A DNA stretch of 64,000 bases from Cyanophora paradoxa CCMP329 (Eukaryota > Plantae > Glaucophyta). The notes beneath the pieces were generated by a model that ran no database searches, had not been told where the DNA came from, and saw only the letters and a list, made by a program, of their open reading frames with translations. Each line of letters starts with the position of its first letter. Position 1 is the first letter of the stretch. Position numbers and translations under genes: made by a program. This document shows, piece after piece, positions 24,877 through 36,700 of the stretch. The stretch covers positions 124,001-188,000 of the forward strand of contig QPMI01000533.1 of NCBI GenBank assembly GCA_004431415.1, written 5' to 3'.

Positions 24877-27800
24877 TCATACACCATGCCTAGTGTTGGC
24901 CATATTCTGCTGGAATGTCTGCATCATCATCTGAAAGTGCTGCATCATCTGCTGCATCTGCTGCATCTGCTGCTCCATGCTGGGTGCCGGGGGCATAACT
25001 GGGCGCACAGGGCTCGAGGACATAGCTAGCCTAGACTGAGGGGCTAGTGGGTAACATGGTGCTGCCAAGGCGGCTTCAAGCTCTGCCTGCGTGTAACTTG
25101 GCCCGGAGTTGGGGAGGACAGGCACCCCGTGTGTGTCCCGAGGTGCGGGCCCAACTCGAACTGGCCCACGAATGGGAGAGCTGGATCCAGAGGATGGCAG
25201 GGTAGAAGAAGAGAAAGACGGCCCCAGAGGGAGTGGGGACCAATAACGGGAACCGCCCCTGGGACTGGGCCAAGACCCTCGCAATTGGGGCTGACCCAAC
25301 AGGGGCAGCACCACCCCAGGTGCATAGTGCGGCAGAGGTGGCGGGCGTGGGCCGGGCGGAGCCGCAGCACGGGCCGGGCCGGGCGGGCCGCAGCAGGAGA
25401 CGGGGCGGCGGGGCCGCAGCAGGAGACGGGGCGGGCGGGGCCGGAGCGCGGGACAGGCCGGGCGGGGCCGCAGCAGGAGACGGGGCGGGCGGGGCCGCAG
25501 CAGGAGACGGGGCGGGCGGGGCCGGAGCGCGGGACGGGCCGGGCGGGGTCGCAGCAGGAGACGGGGCGGGCGGGCCGCAGCAGGAGACGGGGCGGGCGGG
25601 CAGGAGCGCGGGACGGGCCGGGCGGGCCCGCAGCAGGAGATGGGGCAGGCGGGGCCGCAGCAGTAGACGGGGCGGGTGGGCCGGAGCGTGGGCTGTGGCT
25701 GCTTGGGCTGCACGTGCTGCGGCTGCTTGGGCTGCACGCTGAGCGGCATCCTCCTCCTCTTTCTTGAGATAAGCTAGAATTCGCAGCTTGAGAGCCTCCT
25801 TGTTACCTGTGTGCGGCAGGTTTGCAGCACGGAGGAATGCCTGCAGGGGCTTGTTGGTGGTGTGCATGCCAGGGGCCAGAAGCTGCGAGAAAAAGGAAAT
25901 TAGAAGAGGAAGTCCAACGCAACTGCACCGCAAGCGTTGAATTGAAGAACGCAAACGTGTGCTTTGCGTTGCTACAAAAACGCACCCGTCGTATCCCATC
26001 AACAGACGGGATGGGGCCGTACTTGTCGTCGACAGGGCCATCTGCTGTTGCATTGTCGGCGACGATCGATTCTGCCGTTGCGCCACGCTGGCGCGGAATG
26101 ATTTTCTCCCGACACTGGCCGTCTCCGGGTAGATGCGCTCACGCTTGTTCTTGCACCCGTACTTGCTGCACTGGCAGCTCGAGCAGCACACCAGGCCGCT
26201 TGTGAAACAGCCGCATTTCTCTGGAAGGCAGCCATCCCTGCACTTGCACGGGTCCACGTCGAGACCGGGGGCCTGGCCACAGAAGCTCTTGAATGCTGTC
26301 ATGAGAGGAACGGTGCCGTTCATTATGTTGTTCGCACGGTTCTCCTCAATTGTCTTCCAGATTGTCTGCATACCTGCACCAGTTTTTTGATGAGTGTGCA
26401 ACATTCGTGCAAATGGGACTACCCCTGCACGTACCGCCCACGAGGTTCATGTTGATCAATTGTGCTCCCTGAATGGGAGTGTCAATGAAACCCGCCATCG
26501 TCCTGATCGTGTAGAGGCCATGCGGGACGTCCACCACTTCTGTGACGATCCCAGGTACCCTTGCTTGTAGGAGGACGTGCATGCCGAGCTGTTTGACAAG
26601 GACGGCCACACGATCCCCGATACTGTAGATAACAGGACCTGCTCCCTGCTTCTCCGCGCACGCCTTCATCTGGTCTCTGTACACGGCAAGCCGTGCGCAT
26701 GCCTGGACATTCCCGAATGCACGCACAAACTGATCGATCTGTCCAACGCATGCGTTGAGAATGCGTTGGATGAGAGTGCGACAAAATTTGCAATGAATTG
26801 ACGGCACTTACTACGTAGAACACCGGGATATCCTTCAAGAGCGGGCTCTCCGCCCTCTGCAGAAGAGCGTTGGCGATATCTTCTTCGTACTTCGCCATGT
26901 CATCGCACACTCTGTTCACTTCCTCCATGTTTGCAACCTGACAACACAATTACCAACGCATGCGTTGGGATGCGCAGACATTCCGTTGCGCACTCCGAGG
27001 AGGTCCTCAATGTCCTTCTCGGTGTACGGCCTTGTCGGATCCGACGGTGGCTCAATTCCCAAAGGCCTTCGTGAAGGTCTGCGCCCGGTCATGGCCTCGA
27101 TGGGTGTCATCTTGTGCCCGTTCGCGAACTTCATGCTGTTGTGGGACTCCATTGCCTGAGAATCCAGCATCGATCAGTGCACTTGGAATTTTCAAATGGG
27201 GTATGGAAAGGATTTTAAATACATCGGGAATGGCTAGGGCCCAGTTCGCCCAGTCCTCCGCATTCTGGTTCCGGCGTTCGTAGCAAATAGCCTCGAGCGT
27301 CGGCTTCGAGTCCCTGTTCGCGCGCTCCACAGAGCCCTGGTGCTCTGGAGTGTACGGTTTCCCGTAGGCGATGGACGAGTTCGGGTAGGCCGCCATAAGG
27401 ACCTTCATGATCTGCCATACTCCGTTAACATAATTAATATTGAAGTTTACAAGAGATAACGGGGGATTTCACATCATTCTTGAACTCCGATCCGTTGTCG
27501 CAGGACAGGATTGTGCATGCACCGAAGTAGGCAAATTTCTCGCGAAGACGATCAGCAACTTCGCCTGCGCACTTTGATTCGCAAGCCTCCAAGATGAGGA
27601 AACGAGTGTAGTGGTCCTGCGTTCGCCGTTGTTCGTTACCGGATGCAGAAATCTGCGCATGACCGTGCCGAAAACTGACCTTTATGGCCAGGACAAATGC
27701 CCAGAATCGCGGAATGACGTCCGTGACAAAGACCGTCTTGTAGCAGCCCGGAAATTCGGGATCCGGGATTTTCTTCTCGTACCGGCACACGTGCACTGCT

Positions 27801-29350
27801 TGCTCCCAGTACCAGACCCTCTCGAGCTCGCCTGAGCTCTCATTCCACTTCCACCCCGGCAGCCACTCCTGCAACTCCCAGGTAAATTTTAACACGCGGC
27901 CAGGCGCATCAATAACAACATCTCACCATGCGGGGGCAGGGGCCCCATGCCTTGGGCATCTCAAAGAAGTCGACAATTGCCCGATCCCAGAAACCAATCA
28001 CCTTGATTGGATGGAGGATCCCGTCGGGCTGCCTCCTCTTGTTCTTGAGCTTGCAGACTGGACTGCAGCCCCATCCCCACGACCGCAGGTGAGTCTTAGT
28101 CACGATTGGTTTGTCGGTGGACAGAAAACTCACCAAATCTTGACGTAGATGCGGACCAGGTAGCGAGGAATCGCGTACCTTTGCTTCGCATTGTTGTATA
28201 CACCGGTGCCACCTTTGTGCCCGCTCTCAAGGTGTTCGCGCTGCGCACGATCATGACCGCGTCACAAACAGTGCAATGCAGTGGACATAAAAATTAAAAT
28301 GTATTCTGTTCAACGCATGGTCAACGCATGTGTTGAGAATGTCCAACGCTAGCAACCCAACGCTTGCGTTGAAGATGCGTTGCGCGTGCGCAGAGAATTG
28401 CGTTGTACCGCGATCGCACCTGGATGCAGATGAAAATGTCCTCGTCACACACCAGCTCCCTGCCCAGTGGGGGGCGTCGCCCGAATTTCCTCGCTTCAAG
28501 CGGTTGTCAACCTGCTTCTCCACCACCAGCCGAAGCTTGCGCCTTGGCCGCGGGTTGGGCATGGCGAGCTCCTCCGCTGTCAGGTTGTCTGTCGGATCTG
28601 GAACCTCGCGCAGCGTGTACTTCCCCTCATGAACTCGCGCCAATTCTTCACCCGCTTCACATGCTCTGGGCTGCCGCTGGGCTCGGGCGCGTCCGGGTTT
28701 TCGAGGATGTACTTAACGTGTTCGATGTCGGCGCGAGATAGCAGCACCGCTCCGGGCTTCACACGCTGTATAGCGGCTCGATATTCTTCGAAAGTTACGC
28801 GCTGCACTGATGCTGCTGGGACCGGTTCAGCGCCTCGGGATTCGGCGAACATCCGCTGGACTCGGTGGCGAAATTCGGTGGTGTCGATGCGCTTGCCGGC
28901 TGCTGCGGCCGAGCCCTTCTTTTGTTGTTGCTGCCTCGAGCTCGAGCTCGAAGCCGCTGCCTCTGCTGGCTGTGATTCTGAAGCTGCTGCGCCATCTGCG
29001 CCCACAGCTGCAGGTGCTGGTGGCTGCTTCCGAGGGCGCCCGCGCGGCCGCGGCGGTTCACTAGTATTTGGCCGCTTTCGATTACGCGGCTTACTGCTCG
29101 AACTCGCCGCCTGTCCGCTCGAGGTGGACGGCGCCTGCTGGCCGCTCGATGGTGCTGACTGCTGTTGGTTGCTCGATTGCGATGACGATGCCGCTGCTGC
29201 GTTGCTGGGCATGTCGATGCGAATGTTAGGAAACAGAGTCTTGCACAGGAAGTTATTGCCGCAGAGCCCGGACAGATTCTCTGCGGGTGGACACCTGCAT
29301 TCGAACTTGTTGGGAAGGTCTCTGACATCTGGATGCTCCCACCACCTCAT
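24877..29350 (-). CDS. Ginger2-type DDE transposase/integrase (HHCC-like, rve core, Cys-rich CXC-like, SAP-like, Pro-rich and Q/M-rich tail)
   Basis: HLESGHKG and CSPVC; catalytic D in AIVDFFEM (~27970), D in LSCDNGSEF (~27498), E in HQGSVERANR (~27326); DHYTRF; CKCRDGCLPEKCGCFTSGLVCCSSCQCSKYGCKN; LQAFLRAANLPHTGNKEALKLRIL. The reading frame shifts inside the GC-rich repeat at 25370-25690 (decay or sequencing error). Start and stop approximate. Confidence 0.88.
25370..25690 (-). repeat. GC-rich minisatellite (PPAPSPAAA-type coding repeat)
   Basis: Repeated gggccgcagcaggagacggggcgggcg units interspersed with gccggagcgcgggac. Confidence 0.9.
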
Positions 29351-29498
29351 TGCTGATGTGCCTAGGGCCGCGCCTTCGGGCTCGGTGCGCGCGCGCGGCT
29401 CCCCGACCGCTTCCCGCCAGTGCGGTCCTATACCGGTAGCCCGGCGGTAGGCTATAATGATAGGCGATTTCGATCGCGACAGCTAGCCTAGCAGTACT

Positions 29499-29607
29499 CC
29501 CCAACGCAAAGCTCCGGCTGCGCTGGCCGGCGCCTTTTTTTCTGCGATGGCTCAAAAGCGTGCGCCATAAAAATAAGATGGCGCGCCATTTTATTTGGCG
29601 CACTACA
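29499..29607 (-). repeat. Right TIR
   Basis: ...GCGCGCCATTTTATTTGGCGCACTACA followed by TSD GCCGG. Confidence 0.97.
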
Positions 29608-30817
29608 GCCGGGCGCGAGCGCGGTCTGAGGAAACCTCTTAAGGTACCCCCCGGCCGCTTTCTCCCCCGGGCGCCGCAGCTCGGCTCGGCTCAACAATGG
29701 TTACGCCTCTCGCGCGCGTGACAGTTTGCTGTGGCTCAGCGGCTAGCCGTGCCAGCCGCGCACGCTTCACCCGCGCCAACCGCGCACGCCCCGACGGAAT
29801 TGCACAAGCCGGCCGCAAGCCGGCCGCACTTGGCCGTCTATGCCACTTGCAACAAGCCGACGCCCGCGCGGCGCGCGCGCCGCGCGACGCAGAGCCCCCG
29901 CGCGCGCGCGATGCGCATGCCTGCTGCAGCCGCTGATCATGAGCTGGCCCGCTGCGCCGCTTTCTGAGCGGAGCGTGAGCTTGAGCAGCGTCCCCGCGCC
30001 CGCGCCCAGATCGCGCGGAGGCCCAGGCCAGGCCACTCGTGCACCCGCCACGCCTCACGCGCGCGACGGTCGCGGGGCATGCGCAGGAGCTCGAGCACGT
30101 CCACATGTACACAAGGTTAACGTTCAATTTGCGAGCCATCCCCCGGCCCGCCCCCGGGGCTCGCGCCCTATATAGCTAGGCCCTGAGGCCTACCTCTAGA
30201 GGACAGCTCGTCTCGATCGCGAGGACAGCTCGCCTGGCATGGCCAGCCTGGCCTCGGAGCCGGCCCGGCGGCTCGCGCCCGCGCGGCCGGCCGCGGCCAC
30301 CGCGCGCCTTCATGATGATCAAGGCTTCTTAAGCTTAAGCTTAAGTACTAGTCCCTGCTCTCTGCATCTAGATCTTGGATTCGCCGAGTTTAAAGACCCT
30401 TCCCCGGACCCAACTGGCAACTGACGCGCGCGGCAAGTCAGTGGCTCTTTTTACTGGCCTTCTTCGGATTCGAACCGGGGGTCCACGGACTTCGGTGTGT
30501 GTTTTCCCTTCCCCGGACCCCCGCGGCGGCGTGCACGAGCACCACCCCTTCCGAGCGCGCGCCGCAGCGGGCCCTTTATTAATTTAGCACAGGAAAATAT
30601 TTAGTACTTCGTCAAAACTGCAACTTTAGCAGCTGGTAAAATTTTTAGAAGGTCAGTCTTCGCATGCGCAGGGCCCGGGTTTTGTATGGCAAAGATGGGA
30701 CTACCCCTACAAATTCTCGGCTTTAGCAGGCGGGAAATATTTATAGCAGATCGCCCAAAAACATTTAGAACTATAAATATGCGGCCCACTAAAGATTTCT
30801 AGCTCTCCAGTAGTAGA

Positions 30818-30987
30818 AATCGGGAGTCGGGATCCGGAGTCGGGACTCGGGAGTCGGGAGTCGGGACTCTCCAGCCGGGCCCGAGTCCGGGGTCCCGGAG
30901 TCCGTCCGACGGTCCGCCGCCGGACCGCCGGCGTCCGGGGACTCGGGAGTCGGGACTCGGGAGTCGGGAGTCGGGAGTCGGGAGTCT
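30818..30987. repeat. GGGAGTC/GGGACTC 7-mer simple repeat clusters
   Basis: tcgggagtcgggactcgggagtcgggag runs at ~30820-30870 and ~30940-30987. Confidence 0.85.
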
Positions 30988-32110
30988 TGGGGCCCGCCGG
31001 GCCGGGACCGTCGATCGCGCCGCGAGCGCCCCCGCCGCCGCCCCGCGGGCCGCGGCCGCGGCCCGCGCGCGCGCGCGACTCGACCGTCGGACAGCGAGCC
31101 TCAGGCGCGGCTGTTTTCGAATTCGGGATGATGAACTTTCGGAACACAGTCACTGAGTCTCTCTCTCGTCACGGCGTAACCCAGTCTAGTTACCCAGAGT
31201 CTCGTTACACAGACCGGACCTGGGAAAGTCTCTCCTATCAATGGCGAAATTGATCAGCTGCATGCGCAGACTCTGAGATACCGGTAGCGCTCGAGCTGGA
31301 AGTTGCCTCGAAGTTTCGAACTCGGAACTGGTAACATTCAATTAAATTTTTTATATTCAATGAATCGAGCTCGCCGCGGGCCGCGGCCCGCGGGCGGCCG
31401 GCGCGCCGCGGCCGCCGGGGCCGCGGCCCAGCGCCCGGCCGTCGGCCCCGAGTCGGGCGGCCAGCCCGGCGCCCACTGCGCCCATGCAGCTGCAGCGCTA
31501 GCCGGCCCGGGCCCGGGCCGGCCCGGCGGCCGCCGCCGGGCCGGCGCCCGGCCGGCCCGCCGCGGGACGGGCCGCGGCCGTGTACAGTGTATGATAGAGC
31601 ATCATTATCATGATAACATCACTTTTGCCATTGCATGCACTGCGGCAACTTGAATGATCATGATGCGAGTTAACGTTTAAACTTTGAATTCAACCCTCTA
31701 GAAGATCTCGCGGGCCCCGCGGCCCGCGGGCCTCTAGAAGCTTTTGAAGATCTCTCTGATCATAATCGACGATATCAACAGGCTTTCTGTACATGTACCG
31801 TGATGTACGTACGAATGCAACAGGCTTTCCGAAAACAAAACACCTCTTGAAGTTCTCGGGAGGTTCTCCAAGAACCTCTGACTAGGCTTCGGAGTTCATG
31901 CATATGCATGCATGCGTAGCATACAGTACTAGCACTGCGGCATTGCGTACGCCGCTGTACGTCGACGTCTGCGCTGACTCCGCGGGCCTAGGAGGCTAGG
32001 CCTGTACTGAATCATTACTGATACCCCCCTGTGTGGCCTGATAGGCTATAGCCTATAGCCGCTGAGCTAGTCCTACGCGGCTACGCCGGAGGCTGGCCAT
32101 ATGGCCCATA

Positions 32111-32345
32111 CTGTAAACGTAGGAATTTTCGACAGCGTCTTTATTTCGTCTATATTCGTCAGACCCTCGCGCGAATATTTGATACTCTTGAACAGAATTT
32201 TTGTATGGAGAAGGGTACCAGCGGCTGACCCGTCTATGGCGAAGTCGCAGGGTTGACGAAAATATGATGCTGGCGAACCATATTTTCGTCACGATTTTCA
32301 GGTTTTGTCGAAATTAAGTCTCGACGAACTTTCCTACGTTTACAG
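32111..32345. mobile_element. MITE (~235 bp) with TA TSD, Tc1/mariner-superfamily-like
   Basis: CATACTGTAAACGTAGGAA (32107-32125) is the perfect reverse complement of 32331-32349; ends read TA|CTGTAAAC...GTTTACAG|TA; imperfect extension to ~40 bp; internal GACGAAAATATG / CATATTTTCGTC inverted pair. Confidence 0.75.
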
Positions 32346-32759
32346 TATGCATATGGGGCCATATCCCTGTGAAGTTCCCGTCTGCGGCAGCTCCGATCGC
32401 GAGCCTACGACGCGAGGCCGACCGCGATCCCGAGGCTTGGGCACTGGCCGTCGGGGCTAGACCCTTGCACCGGGGCTGGCCCAAAATCTCAAGTCCTTGC
32501 ACCGGGGCGCCACTAGTACTGCCGCGCCAGCTGGCCCTAGCGGCTAGGCGGCTCCAAATTATAATTAAAATCTCTCGGCAAAACCCCTTGGCTGGCAACT
32601 CAGTGGCAACACTGGCAAGCCGGCGCCAGCGTTTCGGCCGCCTAGCCCGTCGCCCCCTGGCCCAAACTGGCCGGCGAGCTAGCCGGCTTGCCAAGTTGGC
32701 CGCCGGCCACTGGGCCAGTATAGTGCCCTACCCGAGGCTCCTCGCCGATCCGATATCGA

Positions 32760-32885
32760 TGATCGCGCGCGAGTCATCGATTCCCGGAGTCCGATATCGA
32801 TGATTCGCGACTCGCGCGCCGAGTCGCGAGACTCAGAGTCGCGAGTCGCGACTCGCGACTCGCGCGAGTCGCCGAGTCGCCGACT
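32760..32885. repeat. Palindromic low-complexity GAGTCGCGA/TCGCGACTC cluster
   Basis: gagtcgcgagactcagagtcgcgagtcgcgactcgcgactcgcgcgagtcg. Confidence 0.75.
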
Positions 32886-33731
32886 GGTACCGGTACGTGG
32901 TACCTCCAACTAGGTACACCGAGTAGAACTCGAAGTTAATTTAAAAAACAATGTTCAGAAAAAAGGCTCTCGCCTCGAAGAAACGTCTCTAAGTAGCTTC
33001 TTCAAGTAGGAATCGGTGTTATTTTTCACTAAAGAGGTCTTGAAACTGAAGCCTCCGAGGCCTCCGAGGCTCCGCCCCTGACGGTCGGTCGTGCAGGGCC
33101 GGGCCCGGCGCGGGCCACACTGTGCCAGGCTGGCAGCTGAGGCTGCCAGCCCCACTGCCAGGGCCCAGCCGCCCAGGGAGTGGCAGCACTGGCAGGGACT
33201 CCTAGTAGTACTCGTCCTCGATATCCCGGAGTCCGTCGATATGCATGCATATATATATGTATGCATTTGCCCCATGGCCATGGGGTTCGCCGAGTCCGGA
33301 TCCGCCGGCGCCGGAGTCGAGGACTAGAGCGAGCGGACTCCGGGACTCTTAGATCTCCGGCCGGTGTCGGACTGCCAGGCTGTCACAGTGTGCCGCGCAG
33401 CCACGTACTGAGTGCATGCGCGAGCGGCGCTCCGGCCGCGCTGCTCTAGAACTGCCTACAGCCAGGCCTACTTGTACTGCCGATCCTAGGCCTAGATCCC
33501 ATCGGATAGCTTCGCCGATCGCGAGTTGCACGGCGGGGGAGTATACGTACGTATACTACGAACGTACGTCGCAGCGGTTGCGCTATCGATACATATCCGG
33601 CCGCCCGGCTTCCCTTCAACGCCGTGACGGTTATATTAGCTAAGAGCAAACCAGCCTCTTGCCCCGGCCCGGGCGTGCAGCCTGGCAGCGCCGGCGGGCC
33701 TCGGAGAGACGTTTACAGCCCGCGGCTAACG

Positions 33732-36700
33732 ATGCGCCGGCGGCGCGAGCGGCCGGCGGCGGCGACCGCATACGGACGCGTGCCGGTGCCGGCGCTCCTC
33801 CTCGTCGCGGTTGCGGTCCTCGCGGCTTGGGCCGCGCCGCGCGTGTGCGACGCCAGAGAGGCGAAGCAGTCCTCTGGCCACAGATCGGAGACGACAGCGC
33901 AGCCGGTCCGCTATCACGTGCACGATGGCTTCGGAGCCCTAGGAACCGGTGCGCTTATCTGTATATCCGCGGCCCCGCGCGCTATTCTCTCCTGCATAAA
34001 CTTCCGACGGTCTGTATGTGACGGCACTATAGCTAGCGCTAGCTTCGCTATTAGCTAAGCACTGCGAACGCCCCGGCCCGCAGCTCCCTCCGGGGCCTTC
34101 GTGCGGCGGGCGACCGGAGCGGCGCCTCATCGTTTCCTTGGCTGGGACGCGAAGCGGACGAGGAACCACGCGACAGGCCACGTCCACTGGCACACCGCAA
34201 AGAACTTCGTGGATCTGTCCGGGCTGCAAGTGCGGTACACTCTCAACGCTGTCCAGAAAGCACCAGGTGATCTTGACGCGCCCCCGGCCCGTGCATATTC
34301 GGTTTTAAAAACATCATACAAAGAATTAGATTCATACGTATACTCCTTGTGCACGTACCTTGCAAAGGCTTTCAATCGCGTTTCTGACCATGACCGGCTT
34401 CTTACAGTTGTGGACCTCGATGTTGAATCCGCGGTTCTGGCCGTCGACTGCTCCGGCTCGCCCGACCGCATTGATATTCTGCTGGAGAAGGGGCGAAGCC
34501 TGCCCATCGCCCCGGGAACGTGCGTTTATGTTTATATCACGCACATAAATAATAGTTATAACTAATTATAACCTCGTTTTTTACGCTCAATATTTTTTTC
34601 GAGCCGTGCTTTTATATTCAATCGTTGCATTTTGTCTTCTGCTAAACTGCGTGTACATCATGCTAATGAAAATTTACTAGTACTTCTTTTTCCGCTTAAT
34701 GTTTTAGACATCGTTTTTCAATCCCGTCTTTAATTCTAATATTCGCTTGTTGCACTATTTGTTTTTGGTGAAGCTTAAGTACCAGCCACAGTCTCTAGAC
34801 ACCAGCACTGCGGGGGCTGCACAGGGGGCACTATTTTCTTCGCAATTCTCAACTGTACTTTTTTCTGCAGGATCCTGGTCGGGAGCCAGGCTTGGTGCGG
34901 CCCCGCCTCCATATTTTCTCTAGAGCAGCCAGCTGGGCAGGGGAGATTTTCGTTCGGCTCACTCGCGTTCTTGCAGGCGCTGCCCTGCGCCGGCGTCGAT
35001 TCCGGCCCGCGGCCGCCAGACTCGCGAGGTGGACGAGATGCTGGCCGGCCTGATGGTCCGCGTGCTGGGCGTCGCCGCGGAGGCGGACTGCGAGCTTGCC
35101 GCTAGCTCGAGCGGCGGGCAGCGTCTGCGCGGGACGTGCGCGCGGGTCAGCGCCGAGGCGGCGGGCCTCGGCGACATCTTCGAGCACCTCGAGATGGACT
35201 ACTACGAGCGCTCGCGCTCCTCGAAGAGGGCGCCGCACGCCGCGAGGAAGCGCCCTGCGTCTGAGGGCTCCGCGACCGACGCCCACGGCGGCGGCGGCGA
35301 CGAGGACGACGACGCGGCGCAGTCCGAGTTCGACGCCCGCGACCTGCTCCGGTGCGCACGCGCTTTCTTTCTTGAAATAGCAGTCGTGGATCCGGGCGTC
35401 AGGCCCAGGCCTAGGCTTGGTTTGACATCTGTATACGTATAATGTATCGTGACTCGCCTGCGACCTCAGCTCGAGGTTCGCGTCGCTCGAGACCCTGTCC
35501 AAGTCGTCTCAAACGCACAACGGGAGCGTTCTGGACTCGTTCCATCGCCTCAGTGCGTTTCTGGTCTCATTTCGCTTCTTTCTTCTTGAGAGCACTTATC
35601 TCGTGATCGAAAATTTGCACACAGAGCATCTCGCGGAGAAAACGTCTCGGGGAAATGACCTGGTCGACGTCTATCGGGGCAGGAAGCTTCTCTTTTGTTG
35701 CAAAAGTTTCGTCAACATTGTGAAGAAAGGCGTAAATGGTCAGAACCGCGCGCGGGGTTCATTCTCTTATTTCCGCGAGCCGAACGCACGCGCAGTTGTG
35801 ACGAAGGCGGTGAGCTCCGTGACATCCATCGGAAAGTCCTTGTGGGGGAACGCCATGGCAGGCATCGTACGCCACGCCGACTCCTTTAATTACAAAAGGC
35901 CTGCGATCGATCCTGACTTTTTTGGGGAACAGCAAGCGGCAATGAAAGCCACGAAGACGGTGGTTAACAAAGCCGGCTCCGCCGCCTTATCGGGCATTGC
36001 AGCTGCGAAAAAGGGGGTCAACACCGCCGTGAAGGCTGTGAATACGGGGCTCAACAAGGCATGCTCTCTCTCTAAACTTGCTGCCCGCCCTAAAATCTAT
36101 CGCTAATGTAATTTTGAGGGCAGTTCGATTCCCTCACGGGCGGCAAGCTCAAATTCCTTACCGGCCCGCTGAGGGGCGTGGTCAATGTAGGTGGCTTGTT
36201 GATCAACACTGGTCTGAACATCGCCGCGAAGGCCGTGGATAAGACGGTCTCGGCGATCAACACCATCCTCACGCTCGTCGAGTGCGCGACAGGTGCGCTT
36301 TCACCACAATCGATATCTATCTCGAGCCATAAACAAACGAAATCTTGGCAACGGAACGGCACGCGTGACAAGACAAGCCGCGCAGGATCGTGCGAGCTAA
36401 CGCTCAAGAAAACGATTTCCAGCGTCTCGTTCAACTGGGACGATCGCCTCAAAGGGCAGGCGACAGAGGTGCCTCTCTCCGCAGACTCGATCGACCTCAC
36501 AGCGCGTTCATGGCGAACACCGGTCTTGTCTCTCGCGCAGTGGCCTCGGCTGGAATTCGAAGTGTCTGTAGGGGCCAACCAACTCATGGGTAAAAGTTCT
36601 GTCGGTGGCAGCGCGAAAGCCCAAGTCTACTTCGACCCCGAGCAGCTCTACTTCTACAGTGGCGTCGGTGTCCAGTTGAGGCTGGTTCTGTCGAATTACA

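Larger units (their letters stand above)
19458..29607. mobile_element. Ginger2/Tdd-like cut-and-paste DNA transposon, 10,150 bp, two convergent genes
   Basis: TGT...ACA termini, ~108-bp TIRs, 5-bp TSD GCCGG (19453-19457 and 29608-29612), retroviral-type (rve) integrase with introns; no RT, pPolB or capsid motifs recognised. Confidence 0.92.

Noticed and set aside
19458-29607. Polinton/Maverick or LTR retrotransposon
   Set aside because: The ends are inverted repeats with TGT..ACA and a 5-bp TSD, not LTRs; no pPolB, packaging ATPase, capsid, protease, RT or RNase H motifs were recognised; the integrase gene has introns.
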